In this document: piece by piece, positions 12,672-25,589 of the stretch
How the letters are laid out: each line of letters opens with the position of its first letter
Numbering within the stretch: position 1 is the first letter of the stretch
Origin: Eledone cirrhosa
Taxonomy: Eukaryota
Assembly: GCA_964016885.1 (NCBI GenBank)
Contig: OZ024743.1
Span: forward strand, 49,166,001-49,230,000
Reading direction: 5' to 3'
Length of the DNA: 64,000 bases
Program-made: the position numbers and the translations under genes
Notes under the pieces: model-generated
What the model saw: only the letters and a program-made list of their open reading frames with translations
Told to the model about the DNA's origin: nothing
Database searches by the model: none

Positions 12672-13835
12672 ATGTGTGTGTGTGTCTGTGTCTGTGTATA
12701 TGTGTGTCTGTGTGTATATGTGTGTCTGTGTGTATATATGTATATGTGTGTGTCTGTGTGTAAATATGTGTCTGCGTATGTGTGTCTGTGTATATATATG
12801 GGTGTGTCTGTGTATATACATATGTATATTTGTGTACATGTGTCTCTGTATATACATGTATATATCTGTGTACATGTGTCTCTGTATATACATGTGTATA
12901 TCTGTGTACATGTGTCTCTGTATATACATGTGTATATCTGTCTACATGTGTCTCTGTATATACATGTATATATCTGTCTACATGTGTCTCTGTGTATATA
13001 TGTGTACATGTGTCTCTGTGTATATATGTGTACATGTGTCTCTGTATATACATGTGTATATATCTGTGTACATGTGTCTCTGTATATACATGTATATATC
13101 TGTATACATGTGTCTCTGTTTATACATGTATATACCTGTGTACATGTGTCTCTGTATATACATGTGTATATATCTGTCTACATATGTCTCTGTATATACA
13201 TGTATATACCTGTCTACATGTGTCTCTGTATATACATGTATATACCTGTGTACATATGTCTCTGTATATACATGTATATACCTGTCTACATATGTCTGTA
13301 TATACATGTATATACCTGTGTACATATGTCTCTGTATATACATGTGTATATATCTGTCTACATATGTCTCTGTATATACATGTATATATCTGTCTACATG
13401 TGTCTCTGTATATACATGTATATATCTGTCTACATGTGTCTCTGTATATACATGTATATACCTGTCTACATGTATCTCTGTATATACATGTATATACCTG
13501 TGTACATGTGTCTCTGTATATACATGTATATACGTGTGTACATGTGTCTCTGTATATACATGTATATACCTGTCTACATGTGTCTCTGTATATACATGTA
13601 TATATCTGTGTACATGTCTCTGTATATACATGTATATACCTGTCTACATGTGTCTCTGTATATACATGTATATACCTGTCTACATGTGTCTCTGTATATA
13701 CATGTATATACCTGTCTACATGTGTCTCTGTATATACATGTATATACCTGTCTACATGTGTCTCTGTATATACATGTGTATACCTGTCTACATGTGTCTC
13801 TGTATATACATGTGTATACCTGTGTACATGTGCTT
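12672..13835. repeat. About 36-bp minisatellite grown from (TG/TA) microsatellite
   Basis: Unit catgtgtctctgtatatacatgtatata(c/t)ctgt(c/g)ta; source of the long spurious V/Y/C/M ORFs. Confidence 0.95.
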
Positions 13836-14068
13836 TTGTGTTTTAGTGGTTAGAATGTTTTGCTGACAATGAGAAGGTCATGAGTTTGATCTCCAGTAAG
13901 ACGTGTTGTTGGGTAGGTTACTTTATTTTTATATTGCTCCAGTCTACTGGGAAAAGTGAGTTGTACCTGAAATTCAAAGGACCAGCCTTGTCACATGTGT
14001 CAAACTGAATCTCTTCAAGATTTATGTTAAGAATACACGTGTCTGTGGAATGCTCACCCACACACACC

Positions 14069-14296
14069 TTAACCCTTTAGCATTCAAACCGGCCATATCC
14101 GGCCTGAATTCTCTCACCTCTTTCACTTCAAATCATCTGTAACCTGTCACTCATACTGATGTTAAGGTATTGTTCTCAAAATAAATAACATCAAAATCTC
14201 ATACATTCGATATTATGTGAATAATTATGTGAGGTAAAGCCTTTACCACAAAAATACAATAGTAAATATAGAGGAATGTAAATGTTAAAAGGTTAA
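14069..14296 (+). mobile_element. piggyBac-type MITE copy
   Basis: ttaaccctttagcattcaaacc ... gtaaatgttaaaaggttaa. Confidence 0.82.
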
Positions 14297-14394
14297 TTTC
14301 ATGAGCAGGCTGTCCCTTTGATCAAACAACTGGAACACTTGTCATTGTATCTGATGGGGGTCCGATAATAGCAACTCTAGATGAATATTTATTA

Positions 14395-15262
14395 ATGTGT
14401 AAGGATGGTATGTTAGGGTCATATATTATTGGCATATGTGTAAGGATAGTATGTTAGGGTCATATATTATTGGCATATGTGTAAGGATAGTATGTTAGGG
14501 TCATATATTATTGGGAGATGTGTAAGGATAGTATGTTAGGGTCATATATTATTGGGAGATGTGTAAGGATAGTATGTTAGGGTCATATATTATTAGGAGA
14601 TGTGTAAGGATAGTATGTTAGGGTCATATATTATTGGGAGATGTGTAAGGATAGTATGTTAGGGTCATATATTATTGGGATATGTGTAAGGATAGTATGT
14701 TAGGGTCATATATTATTGGGAGATGTGTAAGGATAGTATGTTAGGGTCATATATTATTGGGAGATGTGTAAGGATAGTATGTAAGGGTCATATATTATTG
14801 GGATATGTGTAAGGATAGTATGTTAGGGTCATATATTATTGGGATATGTGTAAGGATAGTATGTTAGGGTCATATATTATTGGGAGATGTGTAAGGATAG
14901 TATGTTAGGGTCATATATTATTGGGATATGTGTAAGGATAGTATGTTAGGGTCATATACTATTGGGAGATGTGTAAGGATAGTATGTTAAGGTCATATAT
15001 TATTGGGAGATGTGTAAGGATAGTATGTAAGGGTCATATATTATTGGGATATGTGTAAGGATAGTATGTTAGGGTCATATATTATTGGGAGATGTGTAAG
15101 GATAGTATGTTAGGGTCATATATTATTGGGATATGTGTAAGGATAGTATGTTAGGGTCATATACTATTGGGAGATGTGTAAGGATTGTATTAAATGGTAT
15201 GTTAGGGTCATATATTATTGGGAGATGTGTAAGGATGGTATGTTAGGGTCATATATTATTGC
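14395..15262. repeat. 41-bp minisatellite, about 21 copies
   Basis: Unit atgtgtaaggatagtatgttagggtcatatattattggga(g/t). Confidence 0.95.
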
Positions 15263-15347
15263 ATATTGGGTTATACATAGTATAACAATGTTATATATTG
15301 GGTCATAGATGGTGTAATACTGTTATATATTGTATACTAGGTCATAC

Positions 15348-15773
15348 ATTTTTTATCCCATTAGTAAAATAAGTTGGATTATTTTGAATAAATAATGAAT
15401 GAATATTACATAATTTATCTACTAAATTTCGTGGCTATTCATTAAATATATTTTATTATTTATTTAAAGATTCACTTCTTTAAAATTTTCAAATGTCAAC
15501 ACTTCTGGTTAGCGATCGCTTAAATAAACATTCATATATTTCCGTCACCAATTTTCTCCTAATGCAGTTTATATATAATATCATCTTTTTTTAATGTATC
15601 ATGGATTACGTTACTGATTACATAAGACAGTGTAACACAGTCTTCGTTCAATTTCTGTGTATATTGTCAATTACGATGTATCATATCTACATGCATATAT
15701 ACTTGCGTATAATATCAATATACAAACTACACATGCTAGCAGAAAACCACTCAAAGGATGGTTTTTCTGTTAG
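15348..15773 (+). mobile_element. Non-autonomous Helitron, 5'-truncated copy
   Basis: Homologous to about 56712-57208; ends in hairpin 'gcagaaaacca-ctcaaagga-tggtttttctg' plus TTAG|T (CTAG variant). Confidence 0.65.
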
Positions 15774-16144
15774 TAACGATAATGATTTCTTTATTAGCTT
15801 CAAGGGCTTGCACATATAATACTATAAATGTTATAAACATTGGAGTAACAATACATGTGGGGCTGGACAAACAAAGTTATATAAAAACAAGGGTAGGGAC
15901 ATGGACATTATACAATAGACAGATTAGAATTTGATAAAACATGAAATATGTAAAGAAATCATTATACAACACAATCATTTAACACAAGATATTATATAAA
16001 ACATGAAAAACATTTAGAATTACTCACCTATACACTGTTGATAAGCTACACTAGTTGAGTTGAGTCAGTGCATCTTACAGTTCTGCTCACCATTATATTC
16101 TTTCCAAGGATCACTGAAATCACCATTAAGCATTTTTAATAATG

Positions 16145-16460
16145 ACAAAAAGTACCCAGCCCACACTGTAAGGTGGTGGTATAGGAGTCACAACAAAAGT
16201 ACCCAGCCCACAATATAAGGTGGTGGTATAGGAGTCACAACAAAAAGTACCCAGCCCACACTGTAAAGTGGTGGTATAGGAGTCACAACAAAAGTACCCA
16301 GCCCACAATATAAGGTGGTGGTATAGGAGTCACAACAAAAAGTACCCAGCCCACACTGTAAAGTGGTGGTATAGGAGTCACAACAAAAGTACCCAGCCCA
16401 CAATATAAGGTGGTAGTATAGGAGTCACAACAAAAAGTACCCAGCCCACACTGTAAATAT
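16145..16460. repeat. 47/48-bp minisatellite with alternating A/B units, derived from LINE/SINE 3' sequence
   Basis: Units caaaaagtacccagcccacaCTGTAa.. and caaaagtacccagcccacaATATAa.. alternate; continues into a LINE-type tail at 16460-16590. Confidence 0.9.
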
Positions 16461-16774
16461 AATTGGCATTAAGAAATGCAGAAACAGTTCTATATGGGTA
16501 AGACACGGTCACCTGACCCAACTTGCCTCAAATGGGACAACCTGTCTAGCCCATGCTAGCATGGAAAATGGACATTAAACGATGATGATAATAATAATAA
16601 ATATATATCATACAAAAAATATCACCACAAGACATTATGCAGAGTACTTTCAATACAATAGAAATAACACCACCAAAAATTACACTGCACATACCCAAAG
16701 TACAGAGAGCTGTGATTGGTAATGTAGTGAAGATAAGCAATGAAACTAAGACTATTAATGATAATAATAATAAT

Positions 16775-16990
16775 GATTTCTAGTATAGGCACAAGGCCAG
16801 TCATTTGGGAGGGGGGGGGGGTCGATTAAATCAACCCCCAGTGCATTACTGGTACTTTATTTTATCTAGCCCGTAAGGATGAAAGGCAAAGTTAACCTCG
16901 GCGGGATTTGAACTCAGATCATAAAGGGACGTAACTCTATGCTGCAAAGCATGGTGTCCGACCCTCTACCGATACTGCCAATCCACCTAA
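16775..16990 (-). mobile_element. tRNA-derived SINE, family 2
   Basis: Minus-strand head 'tggattggcagtatcggtagagg...ctgagttcaaatcccgcc' (A and B boxes), body 'ttaactttgcctttcatccttacgg', tail 'ggccttgtgcc'. Confidence 0.85.
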
Positions 16991-17185
16991 TAATATTACC
17001 GAGGCCCACAACAAAAAATAGCTCTGCTTAGAAAAGCTCAAATCCTGCACAAAACAGTTTCAATTCACAGAAACCTGCTCTCAGTGTTTACTTCCTTTAT
17101 ATATTTCCTTTCCCTCCCTCACTACTAGGGATTCTGAAATAGTTGTGTTTATTTTGGCCAGTGTTTCAGAAAGAGAGAGAGTGAA

Positions 17186-17227
<42 letters not shown>

Positions 17228-17974
17228 TGAGAGAGTATGTGTGTGAGAGAGAGAGTATGTGTAGAGAGAGTGTGTGTGTGTGTGACAGGGAGAAGGAGAG
17301 TGTGGATGTGAGAGAAATTCCTGGAGCTACAGATGTTAGTGCTTATTTTAGGTGTTTTCACCTGTAATCACAGAGAGAATATTAAATAACTAAAAACCAG
17401 ATTATATTGTCAGGTATGGGTGTTGTTATGTGGGTGGACTGGTGTAGATCACCTTCTTTAATTTCAACAGTAAACACATGGTATAAGATACAAGTGTGTG
17501 TATTATAGATTGTGCCTGATCGCTGATCCTATAACTCCTAATGTAGTTGTAAGGGCCCTTTCTTGGGCATTTAAAAACCTGATGGGGCCCATCTCTCCAG
17601 TTTGTCTACAACTGGGTTTTTTCCAAAGATAGATGGAAAAAGATAGAGAGAGGGGGGGGGGGGGAGATTGCCTCAGCACTAGACTTGTAACCCTGAAAGA
17701 ATGAAAGCAACTGGTCTCATGTAGGATTTGAACTCAGAGCACAGAGAGCCAGAATGCCACAAAGCATGCTATCCAATGGCCTAACAACTCTACCTATAAC
17801 TGTCTACATAGCTTGTGTATGGATTCCGTGAAAAAATTCTTGGATTCTGTGAAATAAGGTATCTTTTTATAAAATTTAATAAGAATAAACTAAGTTTATA
17901 CAAAAACAAATATATATGTGTGTCAACAGATTTTTAGATATCGGCAACTTATACCATCGTCACCCTAATGATAC

Positions 17975-18221
17975 ATGCCTGGACAGTGTAAGAGAACACT
18001 CTCTGGTGTGCAGTGGACAGAATGGAGACAGCGTCACCCTGAAGGGTAGTGAGGGAGATGTGTTGAAACAGCCATTCCAATGTGCAGGATTCACTACCGT
18101 TGGTGGCCAACTGCATCCTGATAGCAGTGAGTAGGGAAAATTGTGATACCATCCGGCCTTTTGTCATCCTCTCAGTACAACCCACCAACTCAAGCTGTGA
18201 AGGGATACCAGTGGTATCCAA
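17975..18221 (-). pseudogene. Relic of the restriction-like endonuclease C-terminus of a CRE-clade non-LTR retrotransposon
   Basis: 'LDTTGI...QLATNGSESCTLEWLFQHISLTTLQGDAVSIL' resembles the ET.G ... WL.QR.S.A.QRGNA motif. Confidence 0.55.
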
Positions 18222-18560
18222 GCCATATTCAATGATCTAGAAATATATAAGAAAATATGGTGTGTTTTTTTTTAAATATAAATAAATTATCTCTTTAAAA
18301 CAATTTTTGTTTCATTTAATGTCTTCTTAAAATTTGGTGGTGGGGTGGAGATTAGCTATAAAATGTAGGTATGGGTTACACAATTTTTTTGAAAATCATA
18401 TAAAGGATTCCGCAACAAAAGAAGTTCAGAAAGCACTAATCTAACAATATGTGTATGCCTTTCCTGTTGCCAACTACTTTTCAGAGTGTACAGGGTGTAT
18501 TTTATCATATCTTTATTTATTGTTCATAACTAGGTGAAGCAAGATATGTAGAAGTAAGCA

Positions 18561-18864
18561 TTAACCCTTTAGCATTTAAACTGGCCATATCCGGCCAGAA
18601 TTCCCTCACCTCTTTCTGTTCAAACCAGCTATAACCAGCCAGTATTCCCTCACCTCTTTCTGTTCAAACCAGCTATAACCAGCCATATCCGGCCAGAATT
18701 TTCTCACCTCTTTTTGTTCAAACTGGTTATAACTGGCCACTCATACTGATATTAAAGTATTGTTCTCAAAATAAATAACATTGAAATCTCATAGATTCGA
18801 TATTATGTGAGATAAAACCTTTACCATGAAAATACAAGAGTATATATAGAATAATGTAAATGCT
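18561..18864 (+). mobile_element. piggyBac-type MITE with internal duplications; right TIR broken by a minisatellite
   Basis: Starts ttaaccctttagcatttaaac; ends 'gtaaatgct' running directly into the 41-bp repeat. Confidence 0.75.
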
Positions 18865-19312
18865 GTCCAGCAACATAAGATATCTGCAGTGGGTCTGAGT
18901 GTAATGTCCAGCAACATAAGATATCTGCAGTGGGTCTAAGTGTAATGTCCAGCAACATAAGATATCTGCAGTGGGTCTAAGTGTAATGTCCAGCAACATA
19001 AGATATCTGCAGTGGGTCTAAGTGTAATGTCCAGCAACATAAGATATCTGCAGTGGGTCTGAGTGTAATGTCCAGCAACATAAGATATCTGCAGTGGGTC
19101 TGAGTGTAATGTCCAGCAACATAAGATATCTGCAGTGGGTCTAAGTGTAATGTCCAGCAACATAAGATATCTGCAGTGGGTCTAAGTGTAATGTCCAGCA
19201 ACATAAGATATCTGCAGTGGGTCTAAGTGTAATGTCCAGCAACATAAGATATCTGCAGTGGGTCTAAGTGTAATGTCCAGCAACATAATAAGATATCTGC
19301 AGTGGGTCTAAA
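18864..19312. repeat. 41-bp minisatellite, about 11 copies
   Basis: Unit tgtccagcaacataagatatctgcagtgggtct(a/g)agtgtaa, no spacers. Confidence 0.95.
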
Positions 19313-20535
19313 TTCATGCCATTTTAATTGAGTTTTGTAATAATGATTGTACTATAACTTTTGACAATACACTTCTCCTTAATTATCATAATTCTTGATA
19401 TTTACATTAAATGAGTTTAGTCCAGTAATCCCCAGCCCTAACAATTACTTTTCTGTGTGGCTTCACAGGCCCTCATATACACAATTACTTTCCTGTGTGG
19501 CTTCACAGGCCCTCATATATACAATTACTTTTCTGTGTGGTTTAAACATATTCTAGAAACTAGGGTGGCCAGTTGAAACTGTTAGAACTACTGAAGAACA
19601 ATATATTTAAGCCATACAAACAGGTCTGTGTATGTGTATAACATCAGGGAAATATTAGTTCAACTATAAAACAAAGTAAACTCAGTTCCCCTAAACATGG
19701 TACGTACATTATATTATTGTTTAATTTGTTACTTTATGTGAATTTTCTTCTTTTTTTTTGTTTTTGCTATTTTCTTTCAATATTACCATCTGTGTTGTAT
19801 TTGAGTTTGTATGGTTTGAATGTATTTAAAACTGTGTCGATCTTATAATACTATATAAACAATGACGGTTATTAAAAAAAAACATTAAATATTCTATAGA
19901 TTTTTTTTCAGGTAAGTACAATTTAAAAGAAAAAGAAACACATTTAGATTGATAAGAAAGAATGGAATGTAAAATAAGAAAATACAAAAAAAAAACAGAA
20001 AAGGAAGGGAAAGGCAAGGGCTTTAGGGTCACAGAATGAGGAGGGGTAGGTTGAGGGTATTTGTGCTCTGGGCCTAGGGTGTGGTGGAAATGGGGCTGTG
20101 CCTCACGGACAATGGCCGGAAACACCCGCTGTAACAGCCACCCCACCTCGTGAGGCCCCTTCCTCAGATGGGTTATCGACGTTCCAATCTTGCGAAGGAG
20201 TTCAGCAAAACAGGGTCCAAGGAATTTTTGTTTTTATTGTTTAGTGAGGGAAAGAAGTACAAGCCAATGACCCTGTTTCCAGGGCTTTTGTGACTGGTGA
20301 GAGGGAGGGTGTGCAATAGAATGAACTCAGCTAAAAGCCCCCAAGGGTCAGCTGGTGACAACAGAATGAGTCTACCACCCTACAACCTTAATAGGCCTCA
20401 GTAATACTTGAACTCGTAAACATATACAACCTGCCTTCTCATTCAACGTTCTATGAATTGGGATTTTCTGCTGCTTTTGTTAAATTTGTGAGAAATTAAA
20501 TAAAATATTTAACACAAAGAATTATAATAAGTGAT

Positions 20536-21960
20536 TCATCATCATCATCGTCGTCGTTTTTATGTCCATTTTTCCATGCTTGCATGGGTTGGATGAGTCC
20601 TTTTCAGCACAGCATTTCTTCATTCATTGGGTTCCTTCATCATCTCTGTGAGTTTCAGTGATTTGAGATCAGCTCTCACGACCTTTGCCCAAGTCTCCCT
20701 TGGTCTTCCTCCACTGTGGCTTCCCTCCCCCTCCACTGGGATTTCCTGGCACTTCTTTACCTATCGATCATCATCCATGCACATCACATGTCCATACCAA
20801 TGAAGTCTTCTCTCTTGTACACCACTTCGGATTCTTCTTAAATCCAGTTTCTCCCTCAATTCATCCAAGCTCAGCCTTTCTCTCACATTTACATTGCACA
20901 GCCAATGAAGCATAGCTGCTTCATTTCTCTCCAGTAAATGCATGACATTGTCCATGTTTTACTACCATGCAACATCACATTTTGCACATTATACAGCCTT
21001 CCTTTTGTCTGTTGAGAGAAACATTTTGCTGTCAACAGAGGGAGTAATTCTCTAAACTTCTTCCATCCTATCCTTATCCTAGCTATTATGCTCTCAGAAC
21101 ACCCTCCTTAGCTGCTAATTAGATCACCTCGATAGCAAAAGTTATCAACCACTTCTATGGATCCTTCCGGAAAAGATTTATGCTCCTGATGCTCTTCCTG
21201 TTGATAACTCCTGTGCATCTATTACATACAAAGTCTTCCTCTCTTGTTAATCTGCCTACGATCCCAGTACACCTCTTGTGTACCTAAGATTTGCATTGTG
21301 TACTTCGTATAGAGTTTCTTCCTACTCCTCTACACATTGAGCAGGGCCATTTTCCTGATGGGATCAGGTTCGTTTCTTCTTTCCTATTTATTAACATTTT
21401 AGTTTTTGCTAAGTTTATTCTCAGTCATTTTGATTCTAAATTCCGTTTCCACAGTCAGAACTTATTTTCTAGTTCTTCTATAGATTCAGCTGTTAGAACC
21501 AGATCATCCACATAAAGAAGTTCCCATGGGCAGCCAATCTTAAACTCCTCTGTTATGGCCTGGAACTATGATGAACAGAAGTGAGTTGAGGACTAATTCC
21601 TGATGAACTGCCTGTACCTTGAATTCCTCACTAAACTTACTTCCTACTCTCACATAGAGACAGTTCCTCTGTACATGGCTTGCACTGCTCTCACAAGCCA
21701 TTCTTCTACACCTAGCCATGCTGAGGCTTAACATTCATCCACTTGTCTCCTACCTAGCAACTCCACAATTTCTCCTAATTTACCTTTCAGAGTATCAACA
21801 TTGAGGGTGGCAGCCCTGAGATGTTACTTGACAGTGGTTAGATCCAGTGATTGGTAGCATTTCTTTGTACCTGGAAGGGAAAAAAGCTGTGCGATTGCTT
21901 GATGATGGTCAGGGAGATTTCGCACATAGCTACTCTAGCCAAGCCACAAACATGCACAGC
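20536..21960 (-). mobile_element. Decayed, internally deleted RTE LINE (APE endonuclease N-terminus joined to RT C-terminal half with PHD)
   Basis: 21730-21820 minus reads 'LRAATLNVDTLKGKLGEIVELLGRRQVDE'; 20700-21660 has 'VHQ..VL.SLLFIIV', 'GCPWELLYVDDL', 'ERRLHWYGHVM'; (GAT)n tail. Confidence 0.82.
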
Positions 21961-22470
21961 ACTAACATGACAAGTGTTAGTACTATATATGCAGTTAATG
22001 TGAGTCTTATGTTGTGCTTTCTATAATTTTAGTAGGATTTTTCTGGCTGGATGCTCTTCCTATCACCAACCACTTTACAGCATGGACTGTGTGTATTATT
22101 CATGCCACCAGCACTAGAGAGGTTGCCTCACTGGACAAACTTCACAACAGTTTATGGAGCCTACATCTGCCTCTGTAGTCCTTATATATGTATATATGTG
22201 TGTGTCCGTGTCCAACCCATGCAACCATGGAAAAACAGACGTAAAATTGATGATGATGATGATGATGAGGAGGAGGAGGAGGAAGAGGAAGTTAGAAGCT
22301 TCTTGATATCTGTTTTTACTATTCAAAAATAGTATCCCCCCCCCCACACCTTTAAAAGAAAAAAATTTAAAATTACCACCTGAACTTACTCATACATTCT
22401 TGCTAGGTAGAAATGCTACCATTACACCAAAGTAGGCATCATAGTTCCTTCCATTATTTTAACGTTATAG

Positions 22471-22646
22471 GGTGGTGGATTGGCAGTATCGGTAGAGGAT
22501 CAGATGCCATGCTTTACAGCATAGTTACGTCCCTTTATTCCCGTCAAGGTTAACTTTGTCTTTCATCCTTACGGTGTCGATAAAATAAAGTATCAGTAAT
22601 ACACTGAGATAATTGCTGGCCTTGTGCCAAAAGTAGAAACAATTAT
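22471..22646 (+). mobile_element. tRNA-derived SINE, family 2 (internally deleted)
   Basis: ggtggtggattggcagtatcggtagagg...ggccttgtgccaaaagtagaaacaatt. Confidence 0.8.
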
Positions 22647-22949
22647 TTTAAAGCTATATTTAAATAGCAAGAGATAAACAAATGAACATGTTTCGAAACA
22701 ATGAATGGAATTTTGAAATTTATGAGAAAGTTAGAAGCTTCATCATCTTTTGACTATAGAAAAATAGTTTAAGTAGTAGGATATATATGTGCCCTTAAGG
22801 ATGAGGGAACTAATGAACACTCACTGCAACCCCTCACAATTAGTAAGAACATAATTTCTAGTATCAATAGAAACCTGATGATTACACCAAAGCACCAGTG
22901 ATGAAGGGTGGCTCAGAAAGCAGTCCATGATGCTGGCCAATTGCCATGG

Positions 22950-23450
22950 CTGAGAGTGGGACAGTGGAGCCATGCCCCTGAGAGTGGGACAGTGGAGCAA
23001 TGCCCCCGAGAGTGGGACAGTGGAGTCATGCCCCCAAGAGTGGGACAGTGGAGCCATGCCCCCAAGAGTAGGACAGTGGAGCCATGCCCCCAAGAGTGGG
23101 ACAGTAGAGCCATGCCCCTGAGAGTGGAACAGTGGAGCCATAACCCCGAGAGTGGGACAGTGGAGTCATGCCCCCAAGTGTGGGACAGTGGAGCCATGCC
23201 CCCAAGAGTAGGACAGTGGAGCCATGCCCCCAAGAGTGGGACAGTAGAGCCATGCCCCTGAGAGTGGAACAGTGGAGCCATAACCCCGAGAGTGGGACAG
23301 TGGAGCCATGCCCCTGAGAGTGGAACAGTGGAGCCATGCCCCCGAGAGTGGAACAGTGGAGCCATGCCCCCGAGAGTGGGACAGTGGGGCCATGCCCCCG
23401 AGAGTGGGACAGTGGAGCCATGCCCCTGAGAGTGGGACAGTGGAGCCATA
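22950..23450. repeat. 28/29-bp GC-rich minisatellite, about 18 copies
   Basis: Unit gagagtgggacagtggagccatgcccc(t/c). Confidence 0.95.
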
Positions 23451-23659
23451 CTCACCCCTTCTCCAGATATATTATTCGCCCCTCTTTTCTGTCATGTGAT
23501 ATGAACTAATTTTAATATGAGAAAATTCACTTCTACAAACAGGCAAATGCTTTGGGCTTGATACCCCTCTCCACTACACTTGATATCCCCCTCCCATTAG
23601 TAATACCCTGGTGACGGGCCTGCCATGATGACCCTTATTGGTTATGAGAGAAATCTGAG

Positions 23660-24240
23660 AAAACCTACAAATAATGAGATATTTGAAATTTATTTGTAAA
23701 TCCATTCAATTCTTCATTTCTTTTTTTTACAAATTCCTTGATCACTTTGTTATAAAATGTATCAGCACCAGGCTCTACCTTCATTTTATTAAAAAGGTCT
23801 TTCTTCATGGAAATCATCATCATCATCATCATTTTACATCCGCTTTTCCCTGCTTGCAAGGGTGAGACGAGTCCTATTCAGCACAACATCTCTCCACTTG
23901 TCACTGTCCTTCGTCATCTCCTCCTTGAGCTTCAGCGATCTGAGGTCTACTCAATCTCTCCTCATTTTGAGAACACCTCATATAATTATTTACTACCTTT
24001 AACAAAGAAAATAATCTCTCATAGGAAGAAAATATGGCAAGAATGGTCAGAATCATTGTCAGCCAAATGTTTTCAGATAGTTCTGAGATTTTTTGTGTCT
24101 TGTCAAAGCTGTATTCAAATTGTTCATTAGTTCTTATGTTGACAAAATAACAGACATGGGAAACAGAACAATTTCTTCAGAATGGGGCATCCTGTCCTCC
24201 ACTCACACTTTCGTTTTGAGTTTCAGTTCAAGCTTTGGTT
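23660..24240 (-). pseudogene. hAT-family transposase C-terminal relic interrupted by an RTE 3' fragment
   Basis: Minus strand about 23945-24065 translates 'LTMILTILAIFSSYERLFSLLKVVNNYMRCSQNEERLS' (hAT dimerisation motif ER.FS.LK...N..RS....ERL); resumes 'ISMKKDLF...FYNKVIKEFVKKR'. Confidence 0.75.
23812..23950 (-). mobile_element. Short 3' fragment of an RTE LINE
   Basis: Matches the 3' end of 53796-53940 (catcattttac..ccgcttttccctgcttgcaaggg...gagcttcagc.atctgaggtc). Confidence 0.8.
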
Positions 24241-24379
24241 TCTATCTCCCAAGAATGATAATATTCTTTTTCTCTTTGAAGCTTCTTATAGAGTCGGAAA
24301 AGTAGAGAGGAAACTGTGCTAACGCTTTTTCCATCATGTGGGTGAATAAAAACGTGAAAAATGTGGCTAGGTTATAATT

Positions 24380-24724
24380 TCTGAAGGCGTCAGATCGTCG
24401 ATCATGTGTTTTCCTCTCTGATGTTGCTTCGTAGTCGAATCCTGACTCTTCCAATTCCTTTCTGACCTTTTCCACCATCCTCCTGCTGACGCTGAGAAAG
24501 TCTCAAATTTCCTTATTTGTCCTCCCGGCGCGGATTCCAAGAAGAACTCTGTGTCTCTTCCACAAATTTGGAGGTTCAAAATTATTCATAATCAATTATT
24601 TTGAAAATAAATAATGGAAATATAGTCACTGTTTTTATGAAGACAAGAGTGACAACAGAAGTAAAAAAAATTTGCACAAAATTAGCAGTTGAAAATTGCG
24701 AACAAATATCGTCCACACCCTGTA
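24380..24724 (-). mobile_element. Tc1/mariner (maT-like) 5' fragment: TIR plus transposase HTH relic
   Basis: From ATG at 24589: 'MNNFEPPNLWKRHRVLLGIRAGRTNKEI*DFLSVSRRMVEKVRKELEESG...RKTHDRRSD'; terminus 'TA-CAGGGTGTGGACG' on the minus strand at about 24724. Confidence 0.7.
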
Positions 24725-25589
24725 TATACACACGTTGCTCTAAACCTTGTAAATCATCAGTTGATCTTAAAAACCATCTGAGTGCACATGAGTGCATGAC
24801 AGTAAATGGAATGTGACTTGACACTAAATAATGAGATGGCTCTCATCTGACAAGATGAAGCAATTATATATATGTATACTGTTGGGTGTAATAATCACCA
24901 GTGAAACACATCTTTGTCTAAAGCAGCAGATGAATGATGTTGTGTTTGTTATAGTCTAGTGACTGAGTGCAATGTGATAGGTACAATGTACTTATATGAT
25001 ATAGTAATAATGCACACACACATATACACGCATACATACATGCACATATCCACACACACACACAACATTGCCTCTGTTTCAGTTTTATTTTTACCATACT
25101 AAATTAGACTTCCTAAGATGATGATGATAACCCCCCCCCCCAACCTCCACTACAGGCAGCAACTGTAAAAGAGCCTTTACTCGCTTCCAGGGATAGGGGA
25201 TAGCTACTGGTGCAGTAACTTCCCTTTGACCATTTCCCTAGTTGCAATTGTTGGTGATGTGGCTTACATTGGTAGCAAATTATTTCAGGCTTTGGCTCCT
25301 TGCCATGTGCAGACCCTTAAACCTAAAGTACTGGCCTTTGAATGCCTGCAGCTCATTCATTGATCACTTTCAACTGGTATAGGCTTCCATTGCTGCTAAC
25401 ACCACAACACCTCATGTCACTCTGCAGGCCTGTGTGATCAGCTTGCTCATCAACATTTTGTTGTGCTATGGCAGTTGCTGGAGTCTCACTCTAATTTCAG
25501 CTGGAAAACCATTCATGGATGCCATCTGGCACAGCCCTTTCTAGGTTTTCTCCCATGAATTCGGCTAGTGTAGCCAACCTCCGGATTTC

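Noticed and set aside
12554-13866. Long ORFs (up to 419 aa) rich in C/V/Y/M/I or H/T/Y
   Set aside because: Translations of a stop-free (TG/TA) minisatellite, open in nearly all frames; not genes
16028-16114. Possible minus-strand exon bounded by tttcag and gtgagt
   Set aside because: Stops in all three frames, weak polypyrimidine tract, no partner exons; could only be a non-coding exon and needs RNA data
18864-19312. CRISPR-like regular 41-bp repeats (also 14395-15262, 5087-5368, 22950-23450)
   Set aside because: Head-to-tail units with no unique spacers, no cas genes, eukaryotic context: minisatellites
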